This document shows, one piece after another, positions 1 to 8,411 of a stretch of 27,677 nt of DNA. Origin of the DNA: a virus (Duplodnaviria > Caudoviricetes); the IMG/VR virus record IMGVR_UViG_3300046001_006334, positions 1 through 27,677 of that record; one strand, written 5' to 3'. Every line of letters begins with the position of its first letter. Position 1 is the stretch's first letter. The translations under genes were made by a program, and so were the position numbers. Below the pieces are notes generated by a model. It saw only the letters and a program-made list of their open reading frames with translations. It did not search any database and was not told the DNA's origin.

Positions 1-600
1 GCTGGCTACTTCAACATGATGGCGAACCTGAACGCCACCGAGGTGCAGCTGGTCGCGCGCGACGCCGGTCTCAAGAAGGGCATGGGCCGCCTGTTCTACG
101 TCTACCTGATGGGCTTTGCGGTTCCCGCCCTGGTCGGCGACGCCATCGCCAAGGCGCTGCGCGGCGGCTGGGAAGACGAAGAGGGCGACGGCTATCTCGA
201 CGACCTGTTCGCCTGGTTCTTCTCGTCGCAGGCCAAGTTCGCTCTGGCCGCCGTGCCGGTGGTGGGCCAGGCCGCCAACGCTGCGCTGGGCGCGTTCACG
301 AAGCTGCCCTACGACGACCGCATCTCGATGTCGCCCGCGGTGTCGGTGATCGAGAGCGGCCTGGGCACGCCCGCCGAGGTCTACCAGAGCTTGGTCGACG
401 GCGAGAGCTTCAACCGCGCCGACACGCGCGACGCCCTGAACCTGCTCGGCGTCCTTACCGGCACGCCCGTCGGCGCGCTGGCCAAGCCCCTGGGCTACGG
501 CGTCGGCGTCGCGCAAGGCGACATCGAGCCGACCGGCCCGGTGGACGCGGCGCGCGGCGTCATCACCGGCGCGCCCTCGCCAGAGAGCAGGACGCAGTGA
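1..600 (+). CDS. C-terminal part of a large virion (probably internal/ejection) protein, 5'-truncated
   Basis: Frame open from base 1 to TGA at 598-600 with high-GC3 codons. It lies just upstream of the tail fiber, where podoviruses place internal virion proteins. Function is inferred from position. Confidence 0.55.
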   Translation, partial: AGYFNMMANLNATEVQLVARDAGLKKGMGRLFYVYLMGFAVPALVGDAIAKALRGGWEDEEGDGYLDDLFAWFFSSQAKFALAAVPVVGQAANAALGAFTKLPYDDRISMSPAVSVIESGLGTPAEVYQSLVDGESFNRADTRDALNLLGVLTGTPVGALAKPLGYGVGVAQGDIEPTGPVDAARGVITGAPSPESRTQ

Positions 601-667
601 CCTTTTCGGTATGTCTAAGGGCCGTTCCTGCTTCTAGGATCGCGCCCGTCCTTCGGAGCTTTTAATC

Positions 668-3373
668 TTGGCCATATCCTCGAGCACCCGCAAGGCCGGG
701 CCGTTCCTCGGCAATGACGCGACGACGGTTTTCCCGTTCGCGTTCAAGGTCTTCACGTCTGCCGATCTGCGTGTTGTCCGCACCAACGCTCTCGGCGTCG
801 AGAGCGACCTGGTGCTCGACACCGACTACACGGTCGCACTGAACTCCAACCAGGACAACGATCCCGGCGGCACGGTGACCCGGGCCACGGCTCTACCGAC
901 CGGCGAACGGCTGACGATCACCTCCGACGTGGAGGCGCTGCAGCCTCTGGTGCTGACGAACAACGGCGGCTTCTACCCGCGCGTCATCAACGACGCCTTC
1001 GACAAGATCACCATCATCGCGCAGCAGCTGATCGAACAGGTCGGTCGCTCGCTGAAGCTGCCCATCAGCTCGACGGCCAGCGCCACCCTGCCCGACCCGG
1101 TGGCCAACCGGCTGATCGCCTGGAACTCGAGCGCCAACGGTTTCACCAACGTCGACCCGGCGTCCATCGCCACCGTCGCCGCCTACGCCGACGCCAGCAT
1201 CGAGCTATTCGACGGCAACGGAACGCAGACCGCCTTCACCCTCGCCGAAGACCCGGCCGTGCTGGCCAACCTCGACGTGTCGATCAGCGGCGTGACCCAG
1301 GTCGGCGGTGAAGACTTCACCTGGATCGGCACCACGCTCACCTTCGTGGTCGCGCCGCCCAACGGCACGCGCATCCAGGTGCGCTATACCCGCGCCATCC
1401 CCCCCGTCGATCTCGATGCGGCGACCGCCGCAGCGGCGGCGAGTGCAGCGGCAGCGGCCGAAGACGCCGTAGCCACCGCCGCTGACCGTGCGCAGACGGG
1501 GCTCGACCGCATCGCGACCGCCGCGGACGTGGTGTCGGCCGAGGCCGACCGGGCCGCCACCGCCGCGGATCGCGTGCAGACGGGGTTGGACCGTGTGCAG
1601 ACCGGGCTCGACCGCATCGCCACCGCCGCTGATGTAGAGGCCACCGCTGACAAAGTGACCGCGTCTGCGCTCGCCGCCTCAACCGGCGCGGCACTGGTTG
1701 GTTCAATACAGACCGGCACAGGCGCAACAGCCCGAACGGTGCAAGACAAACAACGGGACATCGTCTCAGTCAAAGACTTCGGCGCGACCGGAGACGGCAC
1801 GACGGATGACACTGCGGCCATCACGCTGGCGCTTGGTTCTGGCGCGAAGCAAATCTACTTCCCGACCGGCACGTATCTTATTTCGTCGGCTCTTGTCCCG
1901 TTCTCCAACCAGACCCTGTTCTCGAACGGGGACGCGACGATTTCGGGCAACTTCGCGGACTATCTGGTCAAGATTTTCGGCTTCCCCGGCGCACCTATCT
2001 CAACGGTGACCGCGCCCATAACGGTGCTGGCCTCCAGCTTCGCGATGGCGTCTGTCGCGGGACTGGCGGCGGGCGATAACATCTTCCTCTATGACACCGT
2101 GCTGGATGAGTACGATGTAAACCGGGTTCAGTCGATCAGCGGCCTCACGGTCACGACGACATGGCCGATCATGCGCGCCTTCGCCACGGCTGGAAACATT
2201 AGCGTCGCCCTTCTCAACCCGCTCCCCCGCGTTAATCTTCGCGGTTTCACATTTGAGAACCCGAACGCCGCTGGTGGTGGCGTTCGCTTGAACTCATCGC
2301 TGGATTGTTCCGTCGAGCGGTGCCGGTTCAACGAAGTCAATTACATCAATATCTCGGCAGAAAAGTCTATCGGCTTCCGCGCCTCCGAAAACCTCCTGAC
2401 CAAGGCCGGGTCAAGCGGTATTGGTCTGCGCGTTACCAAGTCATGCTCGATCACTGACAACCGGATCGAAAACACGCAGGTCGATGAGCCGATCACGCTC
2501 TACAAGGCCAATGGTTTTGCGACTGTAACCGGGAACAGGGTGGCTCAATACCTGTCCGGAGGCGGCTCGGCGGGTAACAGCATCCTTTTGGACGAAGACA
2601 ACTATTTCAACACCGTTGCGAACAACACCTGCACAGGGTCCGCGACCTATCACATTTATCTGGCGGTCAGGTCGTCCTACAATACAATCACCGGCAACAC
2701 GTTGCAGCGCGCCAATCTCGGCTGCATCCGCATGGCGCTCGCGGCGGACGGCAACACGATTGACGACAATGTTTGCGTCGGCGTGGTGGACGCTACGGAC
2801 CCGAACGACAGCGGCATAGCGTCGGCGGCTATCCGCGCCACGGCGGCTTGTGCGGGCAACATCATCGGCATGGGTAACTCGTTCGCGAGCAATGCCGGGG
2901 TGAATATCAGCGACCTCCAAACCTCGCCGCCCGCAACGGGCCGGGTGCGGGGCGCGATGGTCAAGAAAGCAGCCGACCAGACGGCGGCGAACTACTCCAC
3001 CCCCGCCGCAATCGCGTGGGACGCTGAAATCTATGACACCAACGCCATTCACGACAACTCGACCAATAACACACGCCTGACGGTTCCGGCTAACGTGACG
3101 TTCGTTCAACTCGGCTGCAACTTGGCGCTGGGCCTCGTGGCGAACCCAGCAATCTTCGCGCTCTCCCTGAGAAAGAACGGGTCAGGGACGTTCGACGGCG
3201 CAACCGCTATTGGAGAAACCGGGACAGGCAACCCCGATCCTGAGCTTAACGCAACGTCAGGACCAATCCCCGTCACCGCTGGCGATTATTTCGAGTGGTT
3301 TCTCTACTGCGACGACGGCTCGATCACAGTCGTAGCGGGCCGCAGCAATGCGTGGATGACGTTGCTACAATGA
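668..3373 (+). CDS. Tail fiber/tailspike: podovirus tail-attachment N-terminus, repeat stalk and right-handed beta-helix (pectate-lyase-like) putative depolymerase
   Basis: N-terminus GNDATTVFPFAFKVF...DLRVV...TDYTV resembles podovirus tail fiber anchors. SVKDFGATGDGTTDDTAAI is the classic beta-helix start, followed by Asn-rich ITGN/VANN/IDDN ladders. TTG start preceded by GGAG. Confidence 0.85.
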   Translation: MAISSSTRKAGPFLGNDATTVFPFAFKVFTSADLRVVRTNALGVESDLVLDTDYTVALNSNQDNDPGGTVTRATALPTGERLTITSDVEALQPLVLTNNGGFYPRVINDAFDKITIIAQQLIEQVGRSLKLPISSTASATLPDPVANRLIAWNSSANGFTNVDPASIATVAAYADASIELFDGNGTQTAFTLAEDPAVLANLDVSISGVTQVGGEDFTWIGTTLTFVVAPPNGTRIQVRYTRAIPPVDLDAATAAAAASAAAAAEDAVATAADRAQTGLDRIATAADVVSAEADRAATAADRVQTGLDRVQTGLDRIATAADVEATADKVTASALAASTGAALVGSIQTGTGATARTVQDKQRDIVSVKDFGATGDGTTDDTAAITLALGSGAKQIYFPTGTYLISSALVPFSNQTLFSNGDATISGNFADYLVKIFGFPGAPISTVTAPITVLASSFAMASVAGLAAGDNIFLYDTVLDEYDVNRVQSISGLTVTTTWPIMRAFATAGNISVALLNPLPRVNLRGFTFENPNAAGGGVRLNSSLDCSVERCRFNEVNYINISAEKSIGFRASENLLTKAGSSGIGLRVTKSCSITDNRIENTQVDEPITLYKANGFATVTGNRVAQYLSGGGSAGNSILLDEDNYFNTVANNTCTGSATYHIYLAVRSSYNTITGNTLQRANLGCIRMALAADGNTIDDNVCVGVVDATDPNDSGIASAAIRATAACAGNIIGMGNSFASNAGVNISDLQTSPPATGRVRGAMVKKAADQTAANYSTPAAIAWDAEIYDTNAIHDNSTNNTRLTVPANVTFVQLGCNLALGLVANPAIFALSLRKNGSGTFDGATAIGETGTGNPDPELNATSGPIPVTAGDYFEWFLYCDDGSITVVAGRSNAWMTLLQ
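1472..1654 (+). repeat. Degenerate 21-nt (7-aa) tandem repeats encoding TAADRxx/TGLDRxx heptads in the tailspike stalk
   Basis: ATAADRAQTGLDRIATAAD and ATAADRVQTGLDRVQTGLDRIATAAD in the translation; cagac(g/c)gggctcgaccgcatcgc is repeated in the DNA. Confidence 0.75.
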
Positions 3374-3660
3374 CCCTTGAACCCGGCCCCCTCATCACCC
3401 TCGCCCTCGCTGGCGTGGCTGTCATCATTTGGTTGGTGCGGCTCGAGGGCCGCGTCAACGGCACGGCAACGACAAATCAACTTGCCACGCTGACGTCTCA
3501 AATCAGCGCGCTGGCCTCGGTGGTCGCCGCCCTGCAAGCCAAAGAGGCCAGCCACGACAACACGCGGGAAGAGGTCATTCGGGTGCAAGAGCAGCTCAAG
3601 CATTTGACGAGCCTGATCGAGCGGCTGATGCCCGCCGCGCTCCGAAAGGCGGGCGAATGA
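3370..3660 (+). CDS. Membrane-anchored coiled-coil protein of the lysis region (holin/antiholin-like)
   Basis: ATG at 3370 overlaps the tailspike stop (ATGA). N-terminal TM segment LITLALAGVAVIIWLV followed by a coiled coil. Confidence 0.6.
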   Translation: MTLEPGPLITLALAGVAVIIWLVRLEGRVNGTATTNQLATLTSQISALASVVAALQAKEASHDNTREEVIRVQEQLKHLTSLIERLMPAALRKAGE

Positions 3661-3902
3661 CCGACAACCAAGACCCCCTTCCAGAACCGTCGTTCCACTG
3701 GCGTCGCTGGGTCACCATCGGCTACGTCGTGTCGACCACGATCCTGCTGGTCGGCATCATCTGGAAGCTCAGCGAGGGCGGGCCGCTGCGCGACGTGGCC
3801 CTGGCCCTGATCGGCTCGCAGGCCTTCTTCGCCCTCCTCTACATGGGCGGCGCGTCGGCCGCCGACCTCGCCCGCATCGTCGCAAGCTGGAAGAAGCCAT
3901 GA
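3657..3902 (+). CDS. Putative holin (2 TM)
   Basis: ATGA-coupled start at 3657, two hydrophobic segments, basic C-terminus WKKP, directly upstream of the endolysin. Confidence 0.65.
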   Translation: MTDNQDPLPEPSFHWRRWVTIGYVVSTTILLVGIIWKLSEGGPLRDVALALIGSQAFFALLYMGGASAADLARIVASWKKP

Positions 3903-4282
3903 CCTATACCTTCGGTTCCCGGTCCCTCTCCCTTCTGAAAGGCGTTCACCCCGACCTGGTCAAGGTCGCCCACCTGGCCTTGTCCTACAGCCCCCTCGAC
4001 TTCACCATCACCGAGGGTCTGCGGACCCGGGCCCGGCAGCAGGAGCTGTTCAACGAAGGCGCATCCAAGACCCTGAACAGCCGCCACATCACCGGCCACG
4101 CAATCGACATCGCGGCCCTGGTCGGCGGCAAAGTGCGCTGGGACTGGCCCCTCTACCCGCGCATCGCGGAGGCTTTCAAGCGAGCGTCCAAGGAACTGAA
4201 CGTGCCGGTCATCTGGGGCGGCGACTGGAAGAGCCTGCGCGACGGCCCGCACTTCGAGCTGGACCGGAGGCGCTATCCGTGA
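3899..4282 (+). CDS. Endolysin, peptidase M15 family (L-Ala-D-Glu peptidase-like)
   Basis: Motifs EGLRTRARQQEL, SRHITGHAIDI and WGGDWKSLRDGPHFEL are typical of T5-like M15 endolysins. Confidence 0.92.
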   Translation: MTYTFGSRSLSLLKGVHPDLVKVAHLALSYSPLDFTITEGLRTRARQQELFNEGASKTLNSRHITGHAIDIAALVGGKVRWDWPLYPRIAEAFKRASKELNVPVIWGGDWKSLRDGPHFELDRRRYP

Positions 4283-4590
4283 AGAACCCCTTCCCCCTCC
4301 GCACCTGGCTGATCCTGGCGGCCGTTGTCGTCGCCGTGCTGTCTCTGCTCTCGTGGCGCGGGGCATGCACCTCCGCAGACCAGGCCAAGGACCAAGCCAC
4401 CATCGCCGACGCTCGCACCGCGACGGCAACCGAAACCTTTGAGATCACCGTCAACAACGCGGCGGCCGACGCCGCCACCCAGACCCAGGTACAGGAGGCC
4501 CAAGATGCGGTACACCAAGCTGATCCTGCTGACCGCGAGCGCGTTGCTCGTTACCAGCTGTGCAAGCTCCAGGGTATCAGCGCCTGCTGA
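4279..4590 (+). CDS. Putative i-spanin (Rz-like)
   Basis: N-terminal TM helix, Ala/Gln-rich periplasmic helix and C-terminal Cys residues; follows the endolysin with a GTGA overlap. Confidence 0.7.
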   Translation: MKNPFPLRTWLILAAVVVAVLSLLSWRGACTSADQAKDQATIADARTATATETFEITVNNAAADAATQTQVQEAQDAVHQADPADRERVARYQLCKLQGISAC

Positions 4591-4828
4591 AGGCTGCTCG
4601 GTCTTCGGCGAGGCCATCCTGGGCAACTTCGTCGGCCACGCTACCCTCGCCGACAGCGGCGTGCCGCTGGACGACTGGCGCAACTACGCCCTCGACGAGA
4701 CCGGCCGCCTCACGCAGTCGGAGCGCGACAAGAAGGACGGCCTCGCCGTCATCAAGCTGTGCGAGGCGCGAGACCAGCGTGCCTACCGTGCCGTCAACGC
4801 CCCGTGGTATGCCTTCTGGGCCCGCTGA
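4505..4828 (+). CDS. Putative o-spanin lipoprotein (Rz1-like), overlapping the i-spanin in the +1 frame
   Basis: ATG at 4505 gives MRYTKLILLTASALLVTSC, a signal peptide with lipobox LVTS-C. The overlap matches known spanin architecture. Confidence 0.75.
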   Translation: MRYTKLILLTASALLVTSCASSRVSAPAEGCSVFGEAILGNFVGHATLADSGVPLDDWRNYALDETGRLTQSERDKKDGLAVIKLCEARDQRAYRAVNAPWYAFWAR

Positions 4829-4840
4829 AAGAACGAGAAC

Positions 4841-5461
4841 ATGACCACCTCCGTCCCTCAATCCCTGCTCGCCGAGGACTACCCGACCGCCGCTGAAGTC
4901 GTGGCGCTGGCGGACATCATCTGCCCCATCGGCACGGTGATCGACTACGTCGGAACCTCTGCGCCCTCGGCCGTGCAGGGCGTGACGTGGCTCTTCCCTT
5001 CGGGCCAGGCCGTCAGCCGCGCGACCTACGCCACGCTGTTCGCCCGCGTCGGGACCGCCTACGGTGTTGGCGACGGCACGACCACCTTCAACCTGCCCGA
5101 CTACCGGGGCCGGGTTGGCGCTGGCCAGGACGACATGAACGGCACCTCGGCCGACCGCCTGACCGCCGCGGTGTCGGGCATCGACGGCGACGTGCTCGGC
5201 GCGTCGGGCGGTGACGAGCGGCTGCACGCGCACACGCACACGGTCACCGACCCAGGCCACACCCACCTGATCTCGCCGCCCTCGTCGAGCGACGACACCT
5301 CGCAGGGTCTCACATCCACCGGCACCGGCGGCGGTGAAACCGTCACGCCGTACAACAGCGGCTCGAACACCACGGGCATCACCCTGGTCAACGCTGGCGC
5401 GGGCGCAAGCCAGAACGTGCAGCCGACGATCATCGTGAACAAGCTGATCCGGGTGCTCTAA
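4841..5461 (+). CDS. Phage tail-collar domain protein
   Basis: PIGTVIDYVG..AP...WL...GQAVSRATYATLFARVGTAYGVGDGTTTFNLPDYRGRV, HAHTH/GHTH His motifs and a C-terminal NVQPTIIVNKLIR. Confidence 0.88.
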   Translation: MTTSVPQSLLAEDYPTAAEVVALADIICPIGTVIDYVGTSAPSAVQGVTWLFPSGQAVSRATYATLFARVGTAYGVGDGTTTFNLPDYRGRVGAGQDDMNGTSADRLTAAVSGIDGDVLGASGGDERLHAHTHTVTDPGHTHLISPPSSSDDTSQGLTSTGTGGGETVTPYNSGSNTTGITLVNAGAGASQNVQPTIIVNKLIRVL

Positions 5462-5466
5462 AGCAA

Positions 5467-5513
5467 AAAGCTCCGGCCGCCGGGAAGGACAAGTAACCAG
5501 CGGCCGGAGCTTT
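5467..5513. terminator. Probable bidirectional intrinsic terminator between the convergent late and early operons
   Basis: Perfect 14-bp inverted repeat AAAGCTCCGGCCGC (5467-5480) / GCGGCCGGAGCTTT (5500-5513). An upstream A-run gives a U-tract on the minus strand. Confidence 0.75.
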
Positions 5514-5608
5514 AGTCGTGACTGGCTCCGCGAAGGGCCTTGTCACTCATCCCGCAGCCCGTCTCCCGGGAGCAGCGAGGTCAATCGCTATCCTACCACG
5601 GATAGGTG

Positions 5609-5917
5609 TCAGATCAAGCCCAGCGCCGACAGATAGAGATCGAGGATCGCCTCTTCCTCTTGGCGCTTGGCCTTGTCCATCTTGCTGATGCGAAGCACCT
5701 TGCGCAGGGTCTTCACGTCATAGCCCTCGCCCTTGGCCTCGGCGAAGACCTCCTTCATGTCGGCCACCACGGCGGCCTTGTCCTCGTCGAGCCGCTCGAG
5801 GCGCTCGATGATGCCGCGCAGGCGGCCCTGCGCGTTGTCGTTCAGCACGTCGGCGGGGTCGGTGTCGAAGTATGCGTCGTCGGCGGGGTCGGTGTCGAAG
5901 TATGCGTCGTCGGTCAT
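5609..5917 (-). CDS. gapR: GapR-like nucleoid-associated protein (DUF2312)
   Basis: DVLNDNAQGRLRGIIERLERL..DK......MKEVFAEAKGEGYDVK.LRKV.R....DKAKRQEEEAILDLYLSALG closely matches my recollection of Caulobacter GapR. Confidence 0.92.
   Translation of the reverse strand: MTDDAYFDTDPADDAYFDTDPADVLNDNAQGRLRGIIERLERLDEDKAAVVADMKEVFAEAKGEGYDVKTLRKVLRISKMDKAKRQEEEAILDLYLSALGLI
5848..5913. repeat. Perfect 30-bp tandem duplication (2.2 copies) in the 5' end of gapR, encoding DDAYFDTDPA twice
   Basis: cggcggggtcggtgtcgaagtatgcgtcgt occurs at 5851-5880 and 5881-5910. Confidence 0.95.
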
Positions 5918-7332
5918 GTGTTCCTCTTCATGGCGTCGAGCATGATCTGCTGGACGCTTCGCTTGGTGGTGAGCCGGTCTAGTACGAGTTCATCCACGGT
6001 GCCGGCGGCCAGGATGTAGTGGACGTAGACGGCGCGCTTCTTGCCCGCCTGCTGTTGGCGCATCGGGCCGACGCGCTCGATGATCTGGTCGTGCTCTTCG
6101 AGGTTCCAGTTCAGCCCGAAGAAAGCGACGATGTTGCAGTGCTTTTGGAGCCCGTCGACCCCGTGTCCGAGGCTGGCGGGGTGAGCAAACCAAACTCGAC
6201 CCTCGCCTCCCTTAGCGCGGCGCAGGCCAGCCGACGTCGAGAGATCGATGCCGCCGGGGAAGGCTCGCTGCAGGCGTTCGAGGTCGTGTCGGAAGTTGTA
6301 GGCGACGAGGACTGGTGTTCCGGCAGCCTCCTCGACCACACTCTCCAGGGCGTCCAGTTTGGCTCCGTGGACTTCGTGCCAGGCTTTGTTCTCTTCGTTG
6401 TCATAGATCGCTCCGTTGGCCAGCTGCAGACATTTGCCGGTGCGCGCCGCAGCGTTCACCGCCTCGATGCCGACCGTCTTGATCTCGGTCCACATCTTCC
6501 GTTCCATCTCGCGGTAGTGCGCCCGGGCTTTATCGGGCAGCTCGACCACGATCTGGTTGAACAGGGGCTTCTCGACCGGCACCTCGGTGGTCAGGCAGAT
6601 GTCGCGGATCGCGCCCTCGATCTGCTCCTGGGCGAAGGGCAAGGGGTCGATGCCGTGGCCGTCGAAGGACCGCTGGAACCACCGTTCCTTGAAGCTCTCG
6701 TAGGTGCGGCCGAGGCGCTGGCCGGCGTCGAGGAACCAGCCCTGGCCCCACAGGTCTTGCAGCCCGTTCGGCGACGGCGTGCCCGTCAGGTTGATCCAGC
6801 GCGGCGTGCGGTGAGCGACGCGACCGACGGCCCGGGCCCGCGCCGATCCGCCGCCGCGGTAGAAGACCTTGCCCGTCTTGGGGTGGGTCTGGAAACCGCC
6901 CCTGAAGCTCTTGAGCTTGGTGCTCTCATCCGCGATCACGACGCCGAAGGGCCAAGCGCCATCCAGCTTCTCGATCAGCCACGGAAGGTTCTCGTAGTTG
7001 ATCGTGGCCAGAGGGCTGTTTCCGCGGCGCACAGCGGCAAGAGCGGCCAGCCGGTCGCTCGGTGAGCCGAGGATCGTCTCGACCCTCCAGGAGGCGCAGA
7101 AGTCCCACTTCCCGACCTCGTCGGGCCAGGTGTGTTCGGCCACCCGCTTCGGCGCGATGACGAGCGCCGGCCGCGTGACCTCGCCGCAGAGGTGCAGCAG
7201 GTCGAGCGCGGCCAGCGTCGCCGAAGTCTTGCCGGTGCCCATGCCCGCCCACTGGCCGGCGCGCGCGATCTCACAGGCGTGCTCGATCATCGCCGGTTGC
7301 CAGGGCCTGGGGACGTACTCGCGAGACGTCAC
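5914..7332 (-). CDS. SNF2/DEAD-like superfamily 2 helicase
   Basis: Walker A GMGTGKT, IADESTKLK, LTGTPSPNG and QIIERVG motifs. GTG start at 7332 is coupled (GTGA) to the upstream stop. Confidence 0.9.
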   Translation of the reverse strand: MTSREYVPRPWQPAMIEHACEIARAGQWAGMGTGKTSATLAALDLLHLCGEVTRPALVIAPKRVAEHTWPDEVGKWDFCASWRVETILGSPSDRLAALAAVRRGNSPLATINYENLPWLIEKLDGAWPFGVVIADESTKLKSFRGGFQTHPKTGKVFYRGGGSARARAVGRVAHRTPRWINLTGTPSPNGLQDLWGQGWFLDAGQRLGRTYESFKERWFQRSFDGHGIDPLPFAQEQIEGAIRDICLTTEVPVEKPLFNQIVVELPDKARAHYREMERKMWTEIKTVGIEAVNAAARTGKCLQLANGAIYDNEENKAWHEVHGAKLDALESVVEEAAGTPVLVAYNFRHDLERLQRAFPGGIDLSTSAGLRRAKGGEGRVWFAHPASLGHGVDGLQKHCNIVAFFGLNWNLEEHDQIIERVGPMRQQQAGKKRAVYVHYILAAGTVDELVLDRLTTKRSVQQIMLDAMKRNT

Positions 7333-7523
7333 TTGAACCTGTGCTTCCTGCTCTTCGAGCCCCGGCCGATGTGCCATTTGCGGCAGCACGGGCAGCGGTA
7401 GACCTCGACGTTCTTGCCGAAGCGGCCCATGTTCCGCGCCGCGCGGGCGGCGTGAGCGCCGCTGTCGAAGGGCTCCTTGCCGTTGCAGGCAGTGCCGTGG
7501 GGGTCGACGGCGTCACGAGACAC
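7329..7523 (-). CDS. Small putative zinc-binding protein
   Basis: C..K..F ... YRCPCCRKWH motif; overlaps both neighbouring genes. Confidence 0.65.
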   Translation of the reverse strand: MSRDAVDPHGTACNGKEPFDSGAHAARAARNMGRFGKNVEVYRCPCCRKWHIGRGSKSRKHRFK

Positions 7524-7860
7524 GGCGCTGGTCCTCTCTGTAGAGAGCGCCGATCACCATGTTGCGGGTGACCTTGTGCCCTAGTTCTCGGGCGATGGCC
7601 GAGGAAGACAGGCCCGAGGCGCGGAGCCGGCGGGCCCTGGCCAACCTCTCTGGCGGCCAGGGCTGGCTCCCGCGGTTGCGCCGAAGGTCGAGCGTCAACC
7701 GCTTGCGCTGGATGGAGAAGGCGCTGCGGCGCAGGCGTCTGCCTATCTCGTCGTCGCTGGCCCCGGCCTCGAAGGCCCGCTTGAGGCGGTCCTCCTCGGC
7801 GGCCGACCACTCCCGCCGCCAGCACCAAATGCCGCAGCGCATGTACATCTGATCGGTCAC
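7513..7860 (-). CDS. Protein with two tandem HTH units, the second resembling the GcrA N-terminal DNA-binding domain
   Basis: WPPERLARARRLRASGLSSSAIARELGHKVTRNMVIGALYR compared with GcrA WTDERV..LKKLW..GLSASQIAKQLGGVTRNAVIGKVHR. The first unit is WSAAEEDRLKRAFEAGASDDEIGRRLRRS. Confidence 0.75.
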   Translation of the reverse strand: MTDQMYMRCGIWCWRREWSAAEEDRLKRAFEAGASDDEIGRRLRRSAFSIQRKRLTLDLRRNRGSQPWPPERLARARRLRASGLSSSAIARELGHKVTRNMVIGALYREDQRRVS

Positions 7861-8099
7861 GCCGCCCTCGGTAGGCCGTCACGCAGCGTGATGTGGCACG
7901 CCGGGTCATAGAGGCTGTCGACCAACCAGCCGATGGCGGGCACGGTGGTGCCGCTGTGCTTCAGCAGACGGATGAAGCCCGAGCCCCAGGCGGCGTAGAC
8001 GTCCTCGCCGCGGCGGAAGAGCTTGGCCTGTTTGAAGACGCCCTTCGAGCGCAGGATCACCTGGGCGTCAGGGATTTCGTGGAAGAGGTTGTCGGTCAT
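7857..8099 (-). CDS. Hypothetical protein
   Basis: AAGGACAAG RBS before the ATG; GTGA overlap with the next gene. Confidence 0.65.
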   Translation of the reverse strand: MTDNLFHEIPDAQVILRSKGVFKQAKLFRRGEDVYAAWGSGFIRLLKHSGTTVPAIGWLVDSLYDPACHITLRDGLPRAA

Positions 8100-8411
8100 T
8101 CAGCTTGTCCTTTTAGCGACGTATCTGTCGACGGCTTCGATGCTGTCGAGGGTGTAGACCGCGCAGCCCATGCTGCGCAGCTTCTCGTGCTCTCGGACCT
8201 GGTGGTCTTCGAGCGTTCCGCCCGGGCGTTTCAGCTCGACGAAGTCGATGCGCGTCGGCAAGCCGTCGCCGGCCGCCCAGGTCGGATCGTCCGGCCACAC
8301 GACCAACCGATCCGGCGCGCCGCGGTGCCCCGGCCAGACCATCTTCCTGACCAGAGCGCCGGCAGCTGTCGCCTTCTTGCGGAGGTGCTTCTCGACTACG
8401 GTTTCACGCAT
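8100..8411 (-). CDS. VRR-NUC domain nuclease
   Basis: MRETVVEKHL...G...RK...G.RGAPDRLV...FVELKRPGG.L...Q...H..L...G..V; start ATG at 8411. Confidence 0.9.
   Translation of the reverse strand: MRETVVEKHLRKKATAAGALVRKMVWPGHRGAPDRLVVWPDDPTWAAGDGLPTRIDFVELKRPGGTLEDHQVREHEKLRSMGCAVYTLDSIEAVDRYVAKRTS

Noticed and set aside
668-5461. BPP-1-type diversity-generating retroelement at the tail fiber
   Set aside because: No reverse transcriptase and no TR/VR repeat pair is visible in the window.
5848-5913. 30-bp repeat as a possible CRISPR array
   Set aside because: The copies are directly adjacent with no spacer and lie in frame within gapR.
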